Shown: positions 1 through 9,698 of the stretch, in pieces
Layout of the letters: each line of letters opens with the position of its first letter
Numbering within the stretch: the stretch's first letter is position 1
Source of the DNA: an uncultured delta proteobacterium
Lineage (GTDB): Bacteria > Desulfobacterota > Binatia > Binatales > Binataceae
Assembly: GCA_963842085.1 (NCBI GenBank)
Contig: CAWJET010000002.1
Span: forward strand, 256,001-320,000
DNA: 64,000 nucleotides
Direction of reading: 5' to 3'
Position numbers and translations under genes: made by a program
The notes under the pieces: generated by a model
The model's input: only the letters and a program-made list of their open reading frames with translations
Database searches by the model: none
Told to the model about the DNA's origin: nothing

Positions 1-1268
1 CGCATGCTGCTGAAATCGCGCATCTCGACCGCGCCGCCACCGTCCAGCCCGCTATAGAATCGCGGCTGCCGCGCCATGAAGCCCGCCAGCGCCTCGCGAT
101 AGGGCGAGTCGAGGTATGAAAGCTCGCGCACCTTGACGCTCGAGAGGCCGAGTTTCCTGAGCGTCGCCTCGGTGCTCGTGCGCAGATCGATCGTCAAGCT
201 GACGCCGAGGCGAAAGAGCAGTTTCAGCGGCGTATCGCGCAGATGCTCGATCGCAGTCTGCAGGTCGCCGCCCGCCAGATGCTCGAGCGCCAGGTTCAGG
301 TAGTGATGCGTCATCTCGACCGCGACGCGCACCGCCTCCAGATCGCCGAAGTCCACCGCGCGGGCGATCAGCACCTGGTTGCTGACCATCGCCATCTCGC
401 TGCGGAGCTGGCGTTTGCCTTGCGCCGCGAAGCCGGCGGTGAGCGCGGTGTTGAACAGCGAGGCGTCGCCGTCGGCGATCGCGGGCGCGATCTCGGGCGC
501 AATCACTTCGGTATCGTCGGGCAGATCGGCGCGGCTTGGCGGTTCGTACTCCGCGCGAACTTTGAGAAACTGCTGGGGCTTGAGGTACGCGAACACGCTC
601 TGCGCCTCGAAGAAATCGGGAAAGCCGCGGTCGCTCAGGCGCGCGCGCCGGAACTGGTAGGCCTCTTCCTCGAGCTCGGCTTCGACGCCCCAATAGATTT
701 CCTCCATCAGGCCGGCGAAGTAGTTGTAGTCGCGTTCGAACGCCTCTTCGATGAAATCCGAGATGTGCTGCGAGATTGCGTCGTGGCGGATGAACTCGAT
801 CAGGTAATTTTCGTCGTACTGCGCAAAGCGATTCGCGGTGGCGTCGGGCGAGGACGCCGCATCGTCGATGCGATGCACTTTTATGTAGCCGCGCAGCAGG
901 AGCGACATCATCTCCATGTCGAGCCCCATCAGCGCGTCGGCCAGCTTGCGCCGTCCGCCGTCGGCCATCGCCTCGATCCATTCGCGCATGCGATGCACGT
1001 TGGGCCGATCGCGGTTCCAGCAATCGAGATCGAACAGCGACTTGACCTGCTCGGGCATCGCGAGGCTGAGCAGGTCGCCGGCGTCGGCGCTGCCGATTTC
1101 CTTGAGCGTGTAGAAAAGCGTCTCGGGCGAAAACGATTGCACCAGGCGCTCGGCCTCGGGCGCGGAGAGAATCAGGTCGCGCTTCTGGCGCGCGGGAAGG
1201 CCGTACAGGAACTCCAGCTTTTCCTGGAACGGAAGGTTGAGAAATTCCGATTCGCCTCTTACTGCCAT
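1..1268 (-). CDS. DUF6178-like conserved hypothetical protein (3' end runs off the window)
   Basis: Manual translation from ATG at 1268: MAVRGESEFLNLPFQEKLEFLYGLPARQKRDLIL...LFDLDCWNRD...ELEEEAYQFRRARLSDRGFPDFFEA; open to the window edge. The DLDCW and E..A.QFR..RL.D.GFP motifs recall DUF6178. Absent from the ORF track because it has no stop in the window. Confidence 0.75.
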   Translation of the reverse strand, partial: MAVRGESEFLNLPFQEKLEFLYGLPARQKRDLILSAPEAERLVQSFSPETLFYTLKEIGSADAGDLLSLAMPEQVKSLFDLDCWNRDRPNVHRMREWIEAMADGGRRKLADALMGLDMEMMSLLLRGYIKVHRIDDAASSPDATANRFAQYDENYLIEFIRHDAISQHISDFIEEAFERDYNYFAGLMEEIYWGVEAELEEEAYQFRRARLSDRGFPDFFEAQSVFAYLKPQQFLKVRAEYEPPSRADLPDDTEVIAPEIAPAIADGDASLFNTALTAGFAAQGKRQLRSEMAMVSNQVLIARAVDFGDLEAVRVAVEMTHHYLNLALEHLAGGDLQTAIEHLRDTPLKLLFRLGVSLTIDLRTSTEATLRKLGLSSVKVRELSYLDSPYREALAGFMARQPRFYSGLDGGGAVEMRDFSSM

Positions 1269-1398
1269 ATGCCTCGCCGCAACAGTTGCACCTCAACGGC
1301 AAAGTATCGCGCGCTTCCACGATCGATCAACTAAGCGTGGAGCTTTCGCTTAACCGCGCCGTTAGATAGGATCTTTACAACGCATCAGAGCCTATTTC

Positions 1399-2205
1399 TT
1401 GGCCTCTCCCAACTCGAAACATCCGGTTGCACTGACCGTCGCGGGCAGCGACCCCGGTGGCGGCGCAGGACTGCAGGCCGACCTCAAGACTTTCGCCGCG
1501 CTTGGCGTGTACGGCTATTCGGTCATCACCGAAGTGATCGCGCAGAACAGCCGGCGGGTCGCGAATGTCGAAGCCGTGTCGCCCGAGATGGTGGAGGCGC
1601 AGCTCGATACGCTGGCCTTGGAATGCGCTCCGCGCGCGGTCAAGACGGGAGCGCTGGCCAACACGGCGATCGTCAAGGTGGTGGCGCGCGCGATCGAACG
1701 GCTCAAATTGCCGGCGCCGGTGGTCGATCCGGTGATCGTGTCGAGCAGCGGCGCGCTACTGATTGGCCCGAAAGGGGAGCGCGCGATTCGAAAACGCCTG
1801 ATTCCCATCGCGCGCATCGTCACGCCCAACATTCCCGAGGCCGAAGTGCTCGCGCGCATCCGAATCGACTCCGAGGCGGCGATTCGCGAGGCCGCAATCA
1901 AGATAATCAAGCTCGGCGCGCGCGCGGTCGTAATCAAGGGCGGGCATCGCAAGGACAAGAGATCTGCGACGGATTTTTTCTACGACGGCCGTAATTTCAT
2001 CGAGCTCAGGGGCCCGCGGATAGCAGGCGGCGGTGCGCATGGCACAGGATGCGCGTTCTCGGCGGCGATCGCGGCCCATCTGGCGCGCGGGATGAGCCTC
2101 GAAGATGCGGTCCGCGGCGCGAAACGCTTCGTGACGGCGGCGCTCAGGCTCAGTTTCAAATTGGGGAGGGGGAGGGCGCTCCTCGATCACTTCGCGCGCG
2201 GCTGA
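1399..2205 (+). CDS. thiD: Hydroxymethylpyrimidine/phosphomethylpyrimidine kinase
   Basis: [40 protein letters not shown] and [13 protein letters not shown] motifs. Confidence 0.95.
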   Translation: MASPNSKHPVALTVAGSDPGGGAGLQADLKTFAALGVYGYSVITEVIAQNSRRVANVEAVSPEMVEAQLDTLALECAPRAVKTGALANTAIVKVVARAIERLKLPAPVVDPVIVSSSGALLIGPKGERAIRKRLIPIARIVTPNIPEAEVLARIRIDSEAAIREAAIKIIKLGARAVVIKGGHRKDKRSATDFFYDGRNFIELRGPRIAGGGAHGTGCAFSAAIAAHLARGMSLEDAVRGAKRFVTAALRLSFKLGRGRALLDHFARG

Positions 2206-2672
2206 CCGGCCTGCGCGGTCGGCGGCACCGCAAACTCCTTCAACGCGGCGGCGAGATTGTGGCTCGGCGTTTCCGCGTCGCCCATCTTCATCAGCGCGAA
2301 TCGTTCGTCTCCGTCGAGCCGTGACCAGGCAGCGCCGCTCAGAGCGTAGCCCGCCGCGCGTGCGTGCGCGACGACCCGCGCCGGCGGCGACGCGGGCGGC
2401 TCCGCCGACGCTCTTTGCGCATCGGTCAGGCTTTTCGGCTCGACGCCGAATCGTCGCTTGATCGCCTCGCGGATGAACAGCCCGAGTCCATCGCATTCCT
2501 CGGCGGAATCGATGGGGAAATGGCAGATTGCCAGCCGTTCGCCGCCGCCGAGCGATTTCCATTGTTCGAGCCCGATTTTCAGCCCGACGCGATCGAGCTT
2601 GCGCCGCACCGCCATCGGGACGCATTGCAGACTTTCGTGCATCGCTTCTTCAAATTTGAATTTGCGGATCAT
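2187..2672 (-). CDS. Nitrate-reductase-associated (NarM-like) protein
   Basis: From ATG 2672 (GAGG upstream): MIRKFKFEEAMHESLQCVPMAVRRKLDRVGLKIGLEQW...WSRLDGDERFALMKMG...SHNLAAALKEF; typical of the Nitr_red_assoc family. Confidence 0.8.
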   Translation of the reverse strand: MIRKFKFEEAMHESLQCVPMAVRRKLDRVGLKIGLEQWKSLGGGERLAICHFPIDSAEECDGLGLFIREAIKRRFGVEPKSLTDAQRASAEPPASPPARVVAHARAAGYALSGAAWSRLDGDERFALMKMGDAETPSHNLAAALKEFAVPPTAQAGQPRAK

Positions 2673-2691
2673 TTGGACCTCGCAATTGTCA

Positions 2692-2708
2692 GGTTGCAAT
2701 GTGCAACC
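2692..2708. promoter_or_regulatory. Perfect inverted repeat GGTTGCA-ATG-TGCAACC; candidate operator in the narM-like/fdsG divergent region
   Basis: 7-bp arms read directly; lies between two divergent starts (2672 and 2764). Confidence 0.45.
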
Positions 2709-2763
2709 GGCCGGATCAAGATCGCCAGCATCAATCGTGGTATAGCGATTTGTTAGGGCAGCG

Positions 2764-3270
2764 ATGGACGCGCGGAATTCCAGAAATGGCGGCGCAAGTT
2801 GGGACGCGCGGATGATTGACGAAATCGTCGCCGATCTGGCCGACAAGCCCGGTGCGCTGATGCCGGTGCTGCACGCGGTGAATGAGCGCGTCGGCTACAT
2901 CCCGCCCGAGGCGGTTCCGGCGATCGCGCGGGCGCTGAACCTTTCGCGTGCCGAGGTGCACGGAGTCATCAGCTTCTATCACGATTTTCGCACCGCGCGG
3001 CCCGGCCGAAAAATCATTCGCGTGTGCCGCGCCGAATCGTGCCAGGCGATGGGCGCGGTCGCGCTCGCAGCGCACATTCAAGCACGCCTTGGAATTAATT
3101 TCGGACAGACCAGCGACGACGGTGATTTCACGCTCGAGCCGGTTTACTGTCTGGGCAACTGCGCGTGCTCGCCGGCGATCGTCGTCGGCGAGGATCTTTA
3201 CGGCCGCGTCAGTCCTGAACGCTTCGACGAAATTTTTTCCAGTGTCACGTCATCGAGGTCGTCGCGATGA
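2764..3270 (+). CDS. fdsG: NAD-dependent formate dehydrogenase gamma subunit (NuoE-like 2Fe-2S)
   Basis: LNLSRAEVHGVISFYHDF, CRAESCQAMG, VYCLGNCACSP. Confidence 0.93.
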   Translation: MDARNSRNGGASWDARMIDEIVADLADKPGALMPVLHAVNERVGYIPPEAVPAIARALNLSRAEVHGVISFYHDFRTARPGRKIIRVCRAESCQAMGAVALAAHIQARLGINFGQTSDDGDFTLEPVYCLGNCACSPAIVVGEDLYGRVSPERFDEIFSSVTSSRSSR

Positions 3271-4883
3271 CGACGGTAGTGTACGTTCCGCGCGATTCGA
3301 GCGCGGTCTCGCTCGGTGCGGACGCGGTGGCCGAGGCGATTGTGGGAGAGGTGGCGTCGCGCAAGCTGGACGTAAGGATCGTGCGCAACGGTTCGCGCGG
3401 CATGTTCTCGCATGAGCCGATGGTCGAAGTCGCGACCAGCGGCGGGCGGATCGCCTACGGACCGGTCGCGACGCGTGACGTCGCGTCGCTCTTCGATTCG
3501 AATTTTCTCGACGGTCGCGCGCATCGCCTGCGTCTCGGCGTCGCCGAGGAAATAGCCTGGCTCAAGTCGCAGACTCGGCTGACGTTCGCACGCGCGGGCG
3601 TGACCGACCCCGTATCGCTCGAGGACTACGCCGCGCACGGTGGATACCGCGGACTGGCACGCGCGATCGAGCTCGGCGCCGACGCGGTGATTGCCGAGGT
3701 CACCAAGTCAGGTCTTCGCGGCCGTGGCGGCGCGGGATTTCCCACCGGCACAAAGTGGAAGACCGCGGCTGATGCGCCGGCGACGCCAAAATATGTCGTC
3801 TGCAATGCTGACGAAGGCGACTCCGGCACCTTTTCCGACCGCATGATCATGGAGGGCGATCCCTTCGTGCTGATCGAAGGGATGACGATCGCGGCGCTCG
3901 CCGTCGGCGCGGCGCAAGGTTACATCTACCTGCGCTCTGAGTATCCGCACGCACGCCGCGCTCTCAGCGGAGCGATCGCGACCGCCTATTCGACCGGCTA
4001 TTTGGGCGCGAACATCCTCGGCTCCGGCAAATCGTTCGAGTTGGAGATCAGGCTGGGCGCCGGCGCGTACATCTGCGGCGAGGAAACAGCGATGCTCGAA
4101 AGCATCGAGGGTCGCCGCGGGATGGTTCGCTTCAAGCCCCCGGTTCCCGCGCTGGAAGGGCTGTTCGGCAAACCGACCGTGATTAACAACGTAGTCTCGC
4201 TCGCGACGGTGCCGATCATCATCGAGCGCGGCGCAGAGTGTTTTCGCGACTACGGTACCGGCAACTCGCGCGGCACGATGCCGTTTCAACTCGCCGGCAA
4301 CGCCAAACGTCCGGGGCTGATCGAAACGTCGATGGGCGTGACGCTGCGCGAAATCGTTTACGACTACGGCGGCGGCACCGCCAGCGGCAGGCCGGTTCGC
4401 GCGGTGCAGGTCGGAGGTCCGCTGGGCACTTATTTCACGGAATCGATGCTCGACGTGGCGCTGGACTTTGAGTCAGTCGCGGCGCGCGGCGGAATCCTCG
4501 GCCATGGCGGAATCGTCGTGTTTGACGACACGGTCGACATGGCGCGGATGGCGCGCTACGCGATGGAGTTTTGCGCGATCGAATCCTGCGGCAAATGCAC
4601 GCCGTGCCGAATCGGATCGATTCGCGGTGTCGAGGTGATCGACGACCTCGTCAATCGCCGCCATCCACGCGAGAATCTCGAAGTGATCCGCGATCTGTGC
4701 GACACGATGAAGTACGGCTCGCTGTGCGTGCTCGGCGGCCTTACGCCGTTGCCGGTGTTGAGTGCGCTCAAATATTTTCCGGGGGATTTCGGCCTGACGC
4801 CGCGCGACGTGGACTTCATCGGCGCCGACCTCACAATTTCGACCTCAGGAGCTGCGAGTACTCATGCGATCGCGCAGCGATAG
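3267..4883 (+). CDS. fdsB: NAD-dependent formate dehydrogenase beta subunit (NuoF-like)
   Basis: GLRGRGGAGFPTG, CNADEGDSGTFSDR, GAGAYICGEET, ESCGKCTPCRIG, SLCVLGG; ATGA overlap with fdsG. Confidence 0.94.
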   Translation: MTTVVYVPRDSSAVSLGADAVAEAIVGEVASRKLDVRIVRNGSRGMFSHEPMVEVATSGGRIAYGPVATRDVASLFDSNFLDGRAHRLRLGVAEEIAWLKSQTRLTFARAGVTDPVSLEDYAAHGGYRGLARAIELGADAVIAEVTKSGLRGRGGAGFPTGTKWKTAADAPATPKYVVCNADEGDSGTFSDRMIMEGDPFVLIEGMTIAALAVGAAQGYIYLRSEYPHARRALSGAIATAYSTGYLGANILGSGKSFELEIRLGAGAYICGEETAMLESIEGRRGMVRFKPPVPALEGLFGKPTVINNVVSLATVPIIIERGAECFRDYGTGNSRGTMPFQLAGNAKRPGLIETSMGVTLREIVYDYGGGTASGRPVRAVQVGGPLGTYFTESMLDVALDFESVAARGGILGHGGIVVFDDTVDMARMARYAMEFCAIESCGKCTPCRIGSIRGVEVIDDLVNRRHPRENLEVIRDLCDTMKYGSLCVLGGLTPLPVLSALKYFPGDFGLTPRDVDFIGADLTISTSGAASTHAIAQR

Positions 4884-7800
4884 CGATTTCGGCACACCGC
4901 TTCGCTCCGGCGCGCGGACGATCGCGCTGGAGGTCGACGGGCGCGCCGTAGCCGTACCCGAAGGGACCTCAGTGATTCGCGCGGCCGCGGAAGCCGGAAT
5001 CCACGTCCCCAAACTCTGTGCGACGGATTCGCTGGAGCCGTTCGGCTCGTGCCGTTTGTGCCTGGTCGAGATCGATGGCCAGCGCGGCTACCCGGCCTCG
5101 TGCACGACTCCGGTGCGTGCCGGGATGAAGGTGCGCACCGAGAGTCCCGCGCTCGCGCGGCTGCGGCGCGGCGTGATGGAGCTGTACATTTCCGATCATC
5201 CGCTCGACTGCCTGACCTGTCCGGCCAACGGCAATTGCGAGCTGCAGGACATGGCCGGCGCGGTTGGCCTGCGCGAGGTGCGCTACCGGAGCGGCGGCGC
5301 CAACCACCTGCACGCGGAGAAGGACCAATCGAATCCGTATTTCACTTTCGATCCGTCGAAGTGCATTGTGTGTTCGCGATGTGTCCGCGCGTGCGAAGAG
5401 GTGCAGGGCACGTTCGCGCTGACGCTTGACGGGCGCGGATTTTCGTCGGTGATTTCGCCGGGACAAAACGGTCCGTTCTCGGCGTCCGAGTGCGTTTCGT
5501 GCGGCGCCTGCGTGCAGGCCTGTCCAACCGCGACCTTGATCGAGAAATCCATCGTCGAACTCGGGCAGCCGGAGCATAGCGTCGTCACGACCTGCGGATA
5601 CTGCGGCGTCGGATGCTCGTTCAGGGCCGAGATGAAGGGCGACCACGTCGCGCGGATGGTTCCCAACCCCGACGGTCACGCCAATCACGGGCACTCGTGC
5701 GTCAAGGGCCGCTTCGCGTGGGGCTACACCACGCATCCGGACCGGGTCACGCGGCCGATGATTCGCAAGTCGATCGACCAGCCGTGGCGCGAGGTTTCGT
5801 GGGATGACGCGATCGAATACGCCGCGTCGGAGTTCAAGCGCATCCAGCAGGAGCACGGGCGCGGCGCAGTCGGTGCGATTACGTCCTCGCGATGCACCAA
5901 CGAAGAGACTTTTCTCGTGCAGAAACTGGTGCGCGCCGCGTTCGGCAACAACAACGTCGACACCTGCGCGCGAGTTTGTCATTCGCCGACCGGTTACGGA
6001 CTCAAGACCGCGTTCGGGACCTCGGCGACGACGCAGGATTTCGACTCCGTGATGCAGGCCGATGTGATCATGGTGATCGGCGCCAACGTCACCGAGGGGC
6101 ATCCGGTGTTCGCGGCGCAGATGAAGCGCCGAATCCGGCAGGGCGCCAGGCTGATCGTCGTGGATCCGCGCGTCACCGAAATCGTGCGGCTGCCGCACGT
6201 ACAGGCGTCGTACCATATGCAACTGCGGCCGGGCACCAACGTCGCGCTTATCAATGCGCTCGCGCACGTGGTCGTGACCGAGGGACTGACCGATGAAGCG
6301 TTCGCGGCCGCACGATGCGACCCGCACGAATTCGAGGCTTGGAAAAAGTTCGTCGCGGAGCCGCGCAATTCGCCGGAGTCGATGGAGAAGATCACAGGCG
6401 TGCCTGCAGACAAGGTGCGCGCGGCGGCCCGCTTGTACGCCACCGCGCCCAACAGTGCGATCTATTACGGCCTGGGAGTCACCGAGCACAGCCAGGGCAG
6501 CACGATGGTGCTGGGAATCGCGAATCTTGCGATGGCGACCGGCAATCTCGGGCGGCCGGGCGTCGGCGTGAATCCCCTGCGTGGACAGAACAACGTGCAA
6601 GGCTCGTGCGACATGGGCTCGTTCCCGCACGAGTTCAGCGGCTATCGCCACATTTCCGACGAAGCGGTGCGCGTGACTTTCGACGCCGCGTGGGGCGTAC
6701 GCGTCGATCCCGAACCGGGCCTGCGCATTCCCAACATGTTCGATGCTGCGCTGGAGGGCAGCTTCAAGGGCCTCTACGTCGAGGGCGAAGACGTCGCGCA
6801 GTCCGAGCCGAATGGCCAGCACGTGGCGGCGGCGCTGCGCGCAATGGAGTGCGTCGTGGTGCAGGACTTGTTCCTCAACGAAACCGCAAAATACGCGCAC
6901 GTCTTCTTGCCCGGCTCGTCATTCCTCGAAAAGAACGGCACCTTTACCAACAGCGAGCGGCGAATCTCGATGGTGCGCAAGGTCGTCGCGCCGATCGCCG
7001 GCAAGGAAGACTGGGAAATCACGTGCGAGCTTGCGACGGCACTCGGTTATCCGATGAAGTATTCGCATCCGTCGGAAATCATGGACGAGATTGCGCGTCT
7101 GACGCCCACCTTCTCCGGCGTCAGCTACGAGACGCTCGAGCGGCTCGGCTCGGTGCAATGGCCGTGCAACGACAGCGCGCCCGCCGGCACTGCCACCATG
7201 CACTCCGGCCACTTTGTGCGCGGCAAAGGTAAGTTCACTATTACCGAGTATGTACCCACTGAGGAACGCACCAACTCCGAGTATCCGCTGATACTGACTA
7301 CTGGGCGAATACTCACTCAATATAATGTTGGTACGCAGACACGGCGTACGTTGAATGCCGCGATGCATGCGGAGGATCGCCTCGAGATGCATCCGAGCGA
7401 CGCCGAGTTGCGCGGCATCCGCGACGGCGACTGGCTCCAGGTGCGGGCGCGGCGCGGCGAGACGCGCTTGCGTGCGCTGGTGACGGAGCGCGTCCAACCC
7501 GGTGTCGTGTACACCACGTTTCATCATCCGGAATCGCGCACCAATGACCTGATGACCGATCGTTCCGATTGGGCGACCAATTGTCCTGAGTTCAAGGTCA
7601 CCGCAGTTGAGGTCGCCCCGGAAGCCGGATCGGTGCGCGCTCGCGCTGCTAACGGCGGTTCGGACGGGGGGAAGCGAGCAGCTACTCAAGACGCGCACGC
7701 AATGGATATTCATCGCCTGGTGGTAATGGCCAATGACGTCGGTGAGTACTTCGCCGGCTATCCAGGTCATGACGAAGCCGTCGACGGAATCGCGAACCAT

Positions 7801-7950
7801 CTTCGCAATTTCTGGGAGGCGCGGATGCGCCGCGAGATTGTCGATTACGTCGCAAACGGCGGTGCCGAGTTGAAGCCACTCGTACGCGAAGCTGTTCTCA
7901 GCATGAGGAGCAAGCCGCTGGACACTTCGGAAGACGTTGGCGAAGGGTGA
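4864..7950 (+). CDS. fdsA: Mo-formate dehydrogenase alpha subunit with C-terminal FdsD (delta) fusion
   Basis: N-terminal Fe-S motifs (CRLC, HPLDCLTC, CIVCSRC, CGYCGVGC), active-site CARVCH (Cys form), RGQNNVQG, TNCPEFK; then a linker and the FdsD-like MDIHRLVVMANDVGEYF...IANHLRNFWEARMR from 7702. Confidence 0.93.
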   Translation: MRSRSDSDFGTPLRSGARTIALEVDGRAVAVPEGTSVIRAAAEAGIHVPKLCATDSLEPFGSCRLCLVEIDGQRGYPASCTTPVRAGMKVRTESPALARLRRGVMELYISDHPLDCLTCPANGNCELQDMAGAVGLREVRYRSGGANHLHAEKDQSNPYFTFDPSKCIVCSRCVRACEEVQGTFALTLDGRGFSSVISPGQNGPFSASECVSCGACVQACPTATLIEKSIVELGQPEHSVVTTCGYCGVGCSFRAEMKGDHVARMVPNPDGHANHGHSCVKGRFAWGYTTHPDRVTRPMIRKSIDQPWREVSWDDAIEYAASEFKRIQQEHGRGAVGAITSSRCTNEETFLVQKLVRAAFGNNNVDTCARVCHSPTGYGLKTAFGTSATTQDFDSVMQADVIMVIGANVTEGHPVFAAQMKRRIRQGARLIVVDPRVTEIVRLPHVQASYHMQLRPGTNVALINALAHVVVTEGLTDEAFAAARCDPHEFEAWKKFVAEPRNSPESMEKITGVPADKVRAAARLYATAPNSAIYYGLGVTEHSQGSTMVLGIANLAMATGNLGRPGVGVNPLRGQNNVQGSCDMGSFPHEFSGYRHISDEAVRVTFDAAWGVRVDPEPGLRIPNMFDAALEGSFKGLYVEGEDVAQSEPNGQHVAAALRAMECVVVQDLFLNETAKYAHVFLPGSSFLEKNGTFTNSERRISMVRKVVAPIAGKEDWEITCELATALGYPMKYSHPSEIMDEIARLTPTFSGVSYETLERLGSVQWPCNDSAPAGTATMHSGHFVRGKGKFTITEYVPTEERTNSEYPLILTTGRILTQYNVGTQTRRTLNAAMHAEDRLEMHPSDAELRGIRDGDWLQVRARRGETRLRALVTERVQPGVVYTTFHHPESRTNDLMTDRSDWATNCPEFKVTAVEVAPEAGSVRARAANGGSDGGKRAATQDAHAMDIHRLVVMANDVGEYFAGYPGHDEAVDGIANHLRNFWEARMRREIVDYVANGGAELKPLVREAVLSMRSKPLDTSEDVGEG

Positions 7951-8810
7951 CAACCGATTACACTGCCGGTGTGTCTGCGGTGGAGGCCGGCGACGCCAGT
8001 CGCGACGAAGTCCGCGAGCATCGCGCGCTCAGATGGCACGGTGGCGCAACTTCCGAGCGCACCGAAAAGCTCGCGGTCGAGGAACCGCTGGAGATTCGGC
8101 TAGCCGGCCGCCGCTTCACGCTCACGATGCGCACCCCCGGGCATGACGAGGAATTGGCGGCCGGATTTCTTTTCGCCGAGGGCTTCATAAACAAAACGGC
8201 CGAACTGGGCGAGGTTCGGCGCGTGCGCGGACGCAAGGGCGCGCCCGAACCCAACGCCATCGACGTCGTGCTGAACGTGCCCGCCGGCGGACTGCGCAGC
8301 CGTCTCAAGCGCAACTTCGTGATGAGCTCGAGCTGCGGCGTATGCGGCAAAACCAGCATCGACTCGATTCGCCGCCGCGTCGCTCCCGCGTCGGATTCGG
8401 CACGCGTCGCGCCCGCGACCCTGCTCGCACTGCCGGACAAGCTGCGCGCCGGCCAGCGTGTGTTTGCCGCGACGGGAGGCCTGCACGGCGTCGCCATCTT
8501 CGAGCTTGACGGCACGATGCTCGCGATACGCGAGGACGTGGGGCGTCATAACGCGGTCGACAAAGTGATCGGATATGCGCTGACGAATGCGATGGTCCCG
8601 ATGGCGCGTCATCTGATGATGGTCAGCGGGCGGCTCAGCTTCGAGATCGTGCAGAAGGCCGCGGCCGCCGGGGTGCCGATTCTCGCCGCCGTCTCGGCGC
8701 CGTCGTCACTCGCAGTCGAACTGGCCGAAGAGCTCGGCACGACGCTGGTCGGCTTCCTGCGCGACGGCAGCTTCAACATTTACACGCGCCCTGACCGGAT
8801 TGTGCAGTGA
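7947..8810 (+). CDS. fdhD: Formate dehydrogenase sulfurtransferase accessory protein FdhD/FdsC
   Basis: EEPLEI, MRTPG, SSCGVCG, TGGLH, EDVGRHNAVDK, SAPSSLAV. Confidence 0.95.
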   Translation: MTTDYTAGVSAVEAGDASRDEVREHRALRWHGGATSERTEKLAVEEPLEIRLAGRRFTLTMRTPGHDEELAAGFLFAEGFINKTAELGEVRRVRGRKGAPEPNAIDVVLNVPAGGLRSRLKRNFVMSSSCGVCGKTSIDSIRRRVAPASDSARVAPATLLALPDKLRAGQRVFAATGGLHGVAIFELDGTMLAIREDVGRHNAVDKVIGYALTNAMVPMARHLMMVSGRLSFEIVQKAAAAGVPILAAVSAPSSLAVELAEELGTTLVGFLRDGSFNIYTRPDRIVQ

Positions 8811-8823
8811 TGCATTCGCGCCC

Positions 8824-9620
8824 GTGAGCGAAGCCGACAAGTACGACTTGACCATTTACGAAGGGACCGCGTGGTACTACGCGCGCTATCGCCCGGTGTA
8901 TCCGCCGTCGCTGGTCAGGGTTCTGCGCGAGCGGTTCGGACTCGACGGCACCGGCAGGCTGCTCGATCTCGGCTGCGGCCCGGGTCCCGTCGCGATCGCG
9001 TTGGCGCATCTCTTTGAAGAAGTTGTCGCGATGGATCCCGATGACGCCATGCGGGCCGAGGGCGAGCGCATCGCACGCGAACGCGGAGTCAGCAATATCG
9101 AGTGGAGATTCGGCGGCTCGAAGGATTTGTCGCCGGCGCTCGGACAGTTCCGCCTCGTCACGATGGGTAACTCGTTCCACTGGATGGATCGCGCGCGCAC
9201 GCTCGATGCGCTCTACGATCCGACGGCGGCGGCGTCGCGGTGGTGGGTGAGGGTGCTCCGATTCCGCCGCCGCCGATGACGCCGTGGCGCGCGGCGATTA
9301 ACGTCGTGCTCAAACGCTATCTGGGCGAGCGAGACCGGTTCTGGGAGGATCCGGCGCCCGAAGAGCGTCACGAGGCGTACATCGCGCGTTCGCGGTTCAG
9401 ATATCTCGCCGCCTATCAGGAATCCTTCGACGTCGAATGGACCATCGACTCGATGATCGGGAATCTCTACTCGACGTCGTTCTGCAGCCGGCGGGTGCTG
9501 GGCGACCACGTCGACGCCTTCGAGCGCGACCTGCGCGCGGCGATTCTGGCCGTCGAGCCGTCGGGCATTCTTAAGGGAGAACCGCCGGAATTTTTCGCGT
9601 ATATGGCGTGGAAGCGCTGA
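8824..9620 (+). pseudogene. Class I SAM-dependent methyltransferase, frameshifted near 9220
   Basis: N-half YYARYRPVYP, LLDLGCGPG, VTMGNSFHWMDR ends in a junk tail; the C-half (DGGGVAVVGEG...LYSTSF...FERDLR) continues in another frame. Confidence 0.7.
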
Positions 9621-9698
9621 GCCCCAGTGGCTCCGACGCTCCTCTTGAGCGTGCCATCGGCGCGGCGATACTCTGTATGATCATGTCGGAGCCGGCGA

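Noticed and set aside
52-1334. ORF-track entries 52..1320(-) and 243..1334(+)
   Set aside because: Shadow frames of the real minus-strand gene starting at 1268; the same applies to the many Arg/Ala-rich antisense ORFs in the window
1269-1398. TPP riboswitch ahead of thiD (or thiE)
   Set aside because: No CTGAGA...ACCTG core is visible, and thiE has no leader
5955-5990. Selenocysteine in FdsA
   Set aside because: The active site reads CARVCH with a TGT Cys codon; there is no in-frame TGA
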